A stretch of 64,000 bases of DNA from the human T2T-CHM13v2.0 reference genome, Homo sapiens: assembly GCF_009914755.1 (NCBI RefSeq), contig NC_060930.1. The stretch is one strand, 5' to 3'. This document shows positions 60,233 to 64,000 of the stretch, piece by piece (the stretch's first letter is position 1; every line of letters starts with the position of its first letter). Both the position numbers and the translations under genes were made by a program. The notes under the pieces were generated by a model. It was not told the origin of the DNA. It made no database searches and was given only the letters and a program-made list of their open reading frames with translations.

Positions 60233-61333
60233 ATGTATTGGAAAATCAGGTTTGGATTATGCAGTTTCTAAAATTGAAGAATATTTCATCCTTACCAATA
60301 TGTTTTGAATAGTATTTTGCCTTAGAAATAATTTTTACATACTAAATAATACGTATATTAATGAAGAACAAAAGGAAACGGAAGAGCAACGTGCTTGTCC
60401 AAAAATTCTCCATGTGTATAAGTGAATTGATTCTGCCAGAAAGAAGAGTTTAGACATGTTTTTATTGCAAACAACTTCCTTCAGATGCCAGGTAGTAGAC
60501 AATCTACAGGACTAGGGAGGATGAGAGATGTCCCTTTAGAATGCTGTTTGAACCCATGATGGATTAATTACGAAGGTTGATGCCCATCTATACCAGCTGG
60601 CTTTCCAAGATTTATTTGACCCGTTGCTTTGTCTTGGAGAACTGCAGTCTCTCTCATATAGCTTTGATCTTTACTGTGGGAATCATAGTGCAGTCAGTAC
60701 ACCATAGGGTCAAGTGCTCAGTCTGCCATTTTAACACAGAAAACTTACATATTTAGAAGTAGTCACGTATCTAGAGTGTGACTGGACTACCTGAATAATT
60801 GAGATGAGATACGGTCAAAAAAGTGAGATATCTTCATCTGCTTCAGGTGGCTTTTAGGCTGCAAATCCCTAGAAGTTGTGGTTGTCCGGAAGTTACCAAA
60901 ATAAATGAGTGGTGTTTCGCCCAATTCTGTTTTTTCAAGTTCTGTTTCAAGTTCTGTTAAAATTGTTAGCAGAACTGGGAAAGTGCGTTAATGAAGCAAG
61001 CAAGTCCTGTAGTGTGTGCTAACTGGGCCCAGTGTGCCGTCCATACGTTGAGTACGTTCATTAGTGATTTCAGACATGAGTTTCTCAGGGCTCCCAAATT
61101 TATGGAAGAAGTAAGTGATGACTTCCAAATTCTTTGTCTTCAGATTGATTTAAAGTGACTGAGGGCATAAGCTGGAACCAAGATTAGAAAGAACACAGTT
61201 TACACGAGTCCTGCTTCCTTTTTTTTTTCATCCCGTGAATGTTATCTTCAGTATTTTCTCAACTAATACGAAAAGTACCACTGAAGTGGGGTCTGCTGGC
61301 TTGAAAACATGTGTGAAATACAGATTCTATGGG

Positions 61334-61580
61334 TTTTTTTTGACATGGAGTCTCACTCTTGCCAAGGCTGGAGTGCAGTGGCACGATCTCTGCTCACTGC
61401 AACCTCTGTCTGCCTTCCGGGTTCAAGCGATTCTCCTGCCTCAGCCTCCCTAGTAGCTGGGACTACAGGCACACGTATTTTTAGTAGAGACAGGGTTTTT
61501 GAACTCCTGAACTCAAGTGGTCTGTCCACCTCGGCCACCCAAAGTGTTGGCGTTACGGACATGAGCCACCATACCCGGCC
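61334..61580 (-). mobile_element. Alu with internal deletions
   Basis: TSD AGATTCTATG. Confidence 0.9.
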
Positions 61581-61750
61581 AGATTCTATGCTTCTGTCTC
61601 AGATTCAGTTGCTACCCTACAGAGGTGGCCAGTTAGGAGTGTTTCATAATGAAGATTATGTCTTTAATCATTGTGAGGTTTGTGGCTGAGGACAGTAGTC
61701 CTTATGCTTGTGCTGGTTAGAAGTAAAGAAATTTTGGACTGTTCTTGCTA

Positions 61751-62007
61751 TTTTTTTTGAGATGGAGTCTCTCTCTGTCGCCCAGGCAGGAGTGCATTGG
61801 TTTGATCTCAGCTCACTGCAACCTCTGCCTCCCAGATTGCTGGGATTACAGGCACCCACCACCATGCCCAGCTAATTTTTATATTTTTAGTAGAGACGGG
61901 GTTTCACCATGTTGGCCAGGCTGGTCTTGAACCCCTGACCTCAGATGATCCTCCTGCCTTTGCCTCCTGAGTGCTGGGATTACAGGCAAGAGCCAGTGCA
62001 CCTGGCC
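61751..62007 (-). mobile_element. Alu (AluSx-like) with right-arm deletion
   Basis: Deletion between the two GCCTCCC repeats; TSD TGCTATT. Confidence 0.9.
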
Positions 62008-62037
62008 CACTGCTATTGTTTTTAACACAGCTTTGAA

Positions 62038-62212
62038 AGCAGTATGATTTGGTTAATAGGATGGCTACAGCCAGACACCCTGGGTTTGAATCTCAGCTCT
62101 CTATGGAATGACCTTGGGCAAGTCATTTAGCCAGCCTGTGCTTCAAGTTGCTTGTGTAAAATGGGGATAATAGTACCTTTGTTATAGAGTTGCTGTGGGG
62201 TTTCAATGAGTG
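62038..62212 (+). mobile_element. MIR
   Basis: CTGGGTTTGAATCTCAGCTC..TGACCTTGGGCAAGTCATTT..TGTAAAATGGGGATAATAGTACC. Confidence 0.85.
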
Positions 62213-63274
62213 TACTTTTGGTCTAGAATGAATCTTTTGTAGACAGTCTTGAGTATAATGGGTTGTGATTTTGTGCTTCTTGTCCCATCAGTTATTTATA
62301 ATTAGCAATGGTACTTTGTTGCATGTACTTAATTTGATTTTATCTATTTAGCAGTAGAATTTTTTTTCATCAGAAATAATTTCTTCCTGTCCCTCTGTGA
62401 AATCCCCTTGAGAAAGGGGTAAGAAATAGCTCTGAGGACCAGTTGAAAAATAATCGATCTGAAACACAACAGACAATATTAACATGTCAGTTTTTTCTGT
62501 TTTGCAGGAAAATGCAAGTCTCATTTAGGATAATAGTTTGATTTCCTGAGGTGGTTATGGTTATGGTTTTGTGTAACTGAGAGTCATTTAAAGGTGATGC
62601 ATAGGTTTGCAGGTAGAAATACAGTTTTGTTTGAAATCTGGGGTGTTCAACCGACATTGTGGTAAGAGTAATTTCCCCCAAAACTCCCTAGGAAATTTTT
62701 ACCTTTTACTTCAGTAGACCTGGAGTCTTGCCTCTTGAACTGAAAGTGAGGTTGAACTTCATCCGTAAAGGTGAGTTTTCCCCAAAGGTACCTGAATGCT
62801 TGCCGTGTAACTGATGGGTCCATAGTCCACTGCCAGAAGGTACCCTCTTGCGTCTCGGAGGTGCTGGTTCTGAAGTATCTTTTTTGAGTTTTAGTTGGAG
62901 TTTCTCTTGTTGAGAATTTTGAATCTCAGAAAATGCCATGGCTGCGTGGGTGTTTGTTTTAGCTCCACACCCTTCATCTTCAGGGTGGATGCACCCTTGG
63001 GTGGCGTTGCACACAGCTGGCGCGTGGAGAGCCGATCCCTCCAGGGTTTGTTTCTTTAATACCAGACCCGCTCCCACAAAACTGGTGTATTTAGGCGTCC
63101 CCTCTTCTCCTGTGTTTGTTGCTGGCCAGCAGTGCCTGCAAGTTCCAGCAGATGAGGTGAGGATGGACAGTGAGGTAGAGGCTAGTCTGTTTGCCTGGGT
63201 TCACTGAAGTTGCTAGGTTTTGAGTTTGCTCCAGATTAGTGAATATATCAGCTGTGAGAATAAGAGTGATTAAA

Positions 63275-63429
63275 GCATGGTGGCGCATGCCTGTAGTCCC
63301 AGCTACTGGGGAGGCTGAGGCAGGAGAATCACTTGAAACCTGGAGGCGGAGGTTACAGTGAATCGAGAACCCTGCCACTGCACTGCAGCCTGGGTTACAA
63401 GAGCAAAACTCCGTTTCCAAAAAAAAAAA
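63275..63429 (+). mobile_element. 5'-truncated Alu right arm
   Basis: GCATGGTGGCGCATGCCTGTAGTCCC..A tail; short TSD GATTAAA. Confidence 0.9.
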
Positions 63430-64000
63430 GATTAAACAAATAGGACTTCTCCATTTGTATTTAAACTTCAAAGAGAAAGCTGAACTCCAAGGCCCAGCTG
63501 GAGGACACGTGGATCCAGCCAGCATGTTAGATGTAGGCAATTGGAGAAGGACAGGGAGACAGCAGTGAGGTGCAGGGGGATGAGGCACATAGTTGTCTAC
63601 ATGAAACAGGCAGATCTTTGTTTTCGTATACCTAGAATAGTTTCCATGTCCAGCAAGAACTTCCAGGTTTTTGTTGTTTTTTGTTTATGCTTTGGTGGTG
63701 GTGGTGGTTGCTACCACCTGGAGAAAAGCTGCCTTTGCAGCCCCACAACTGTGCAGTTGCTGTGAGTGAGCAGGCTGGGAACCACATGCTCTTGTTCTGA
63801 CATTCACTGGAGGCACCCCCCTCCCCTTTCCTTACAAGGCATCTCAGAGGATTGTCATTTGAGGCAGGCCGGATTCACTGGTGTGACTGTTTCAGGACTG
63901 GCTTGTCTCATTAAAAAACATTTTTTGGATCAGAAACAATGAGGGGTGGGAAAGGCAACAAAAGCCTCTTGAGATTCCCGGATTGCTCAGGATGTTATAA

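Overview
Primate (human-like) genomic DNA. I can support no protein-coding exon, CpG island, CRISPR array or prokaryotic feature here. The ORF track consists of Alu-derived and random short ORFs. The window most likely lies in a large intron, or in intergenic DNA, of an Alu-rich region. By eye, the + strand is T/G-rich and most old L1 fragments are antisense, which suggests a host gene transcribed on +; I cannot name it. Content: about 55 Alu elements or fragments (roughly a fifth of the window, many with clear target-site duplications, TSDs), old L1M, L2 and MIR fragments, MER5A and Charlie1-like DNA transposon relics, an MST solo LTR, microsatellites, and one full-length U6 snRNA pseudogene (60126-60232). 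I found no new gene system. The most interesting signals are DNA rearrangement scars readable directly from the sequence. (1) An 84-bp inverted copy of the spacer between two head-to-head Alus (31700-31783) sits inside the 5' end of an AluY 8 kb away (23461-23544). (2) A 363-bp tandem duplication has a chimeric middle Alu, the signature of Alu-Alu unequal crossover (28169-29212). (3) A 209-bp non-Alu duplication has its copies 858 bp apart. (4) A three-arm Alu lies inside a single TSD, and a separate Alu is an AluJ/AluY mosaic. Repeat subfamily calls were made by eye from diagnostic motifs, and element boundaries are approximate.
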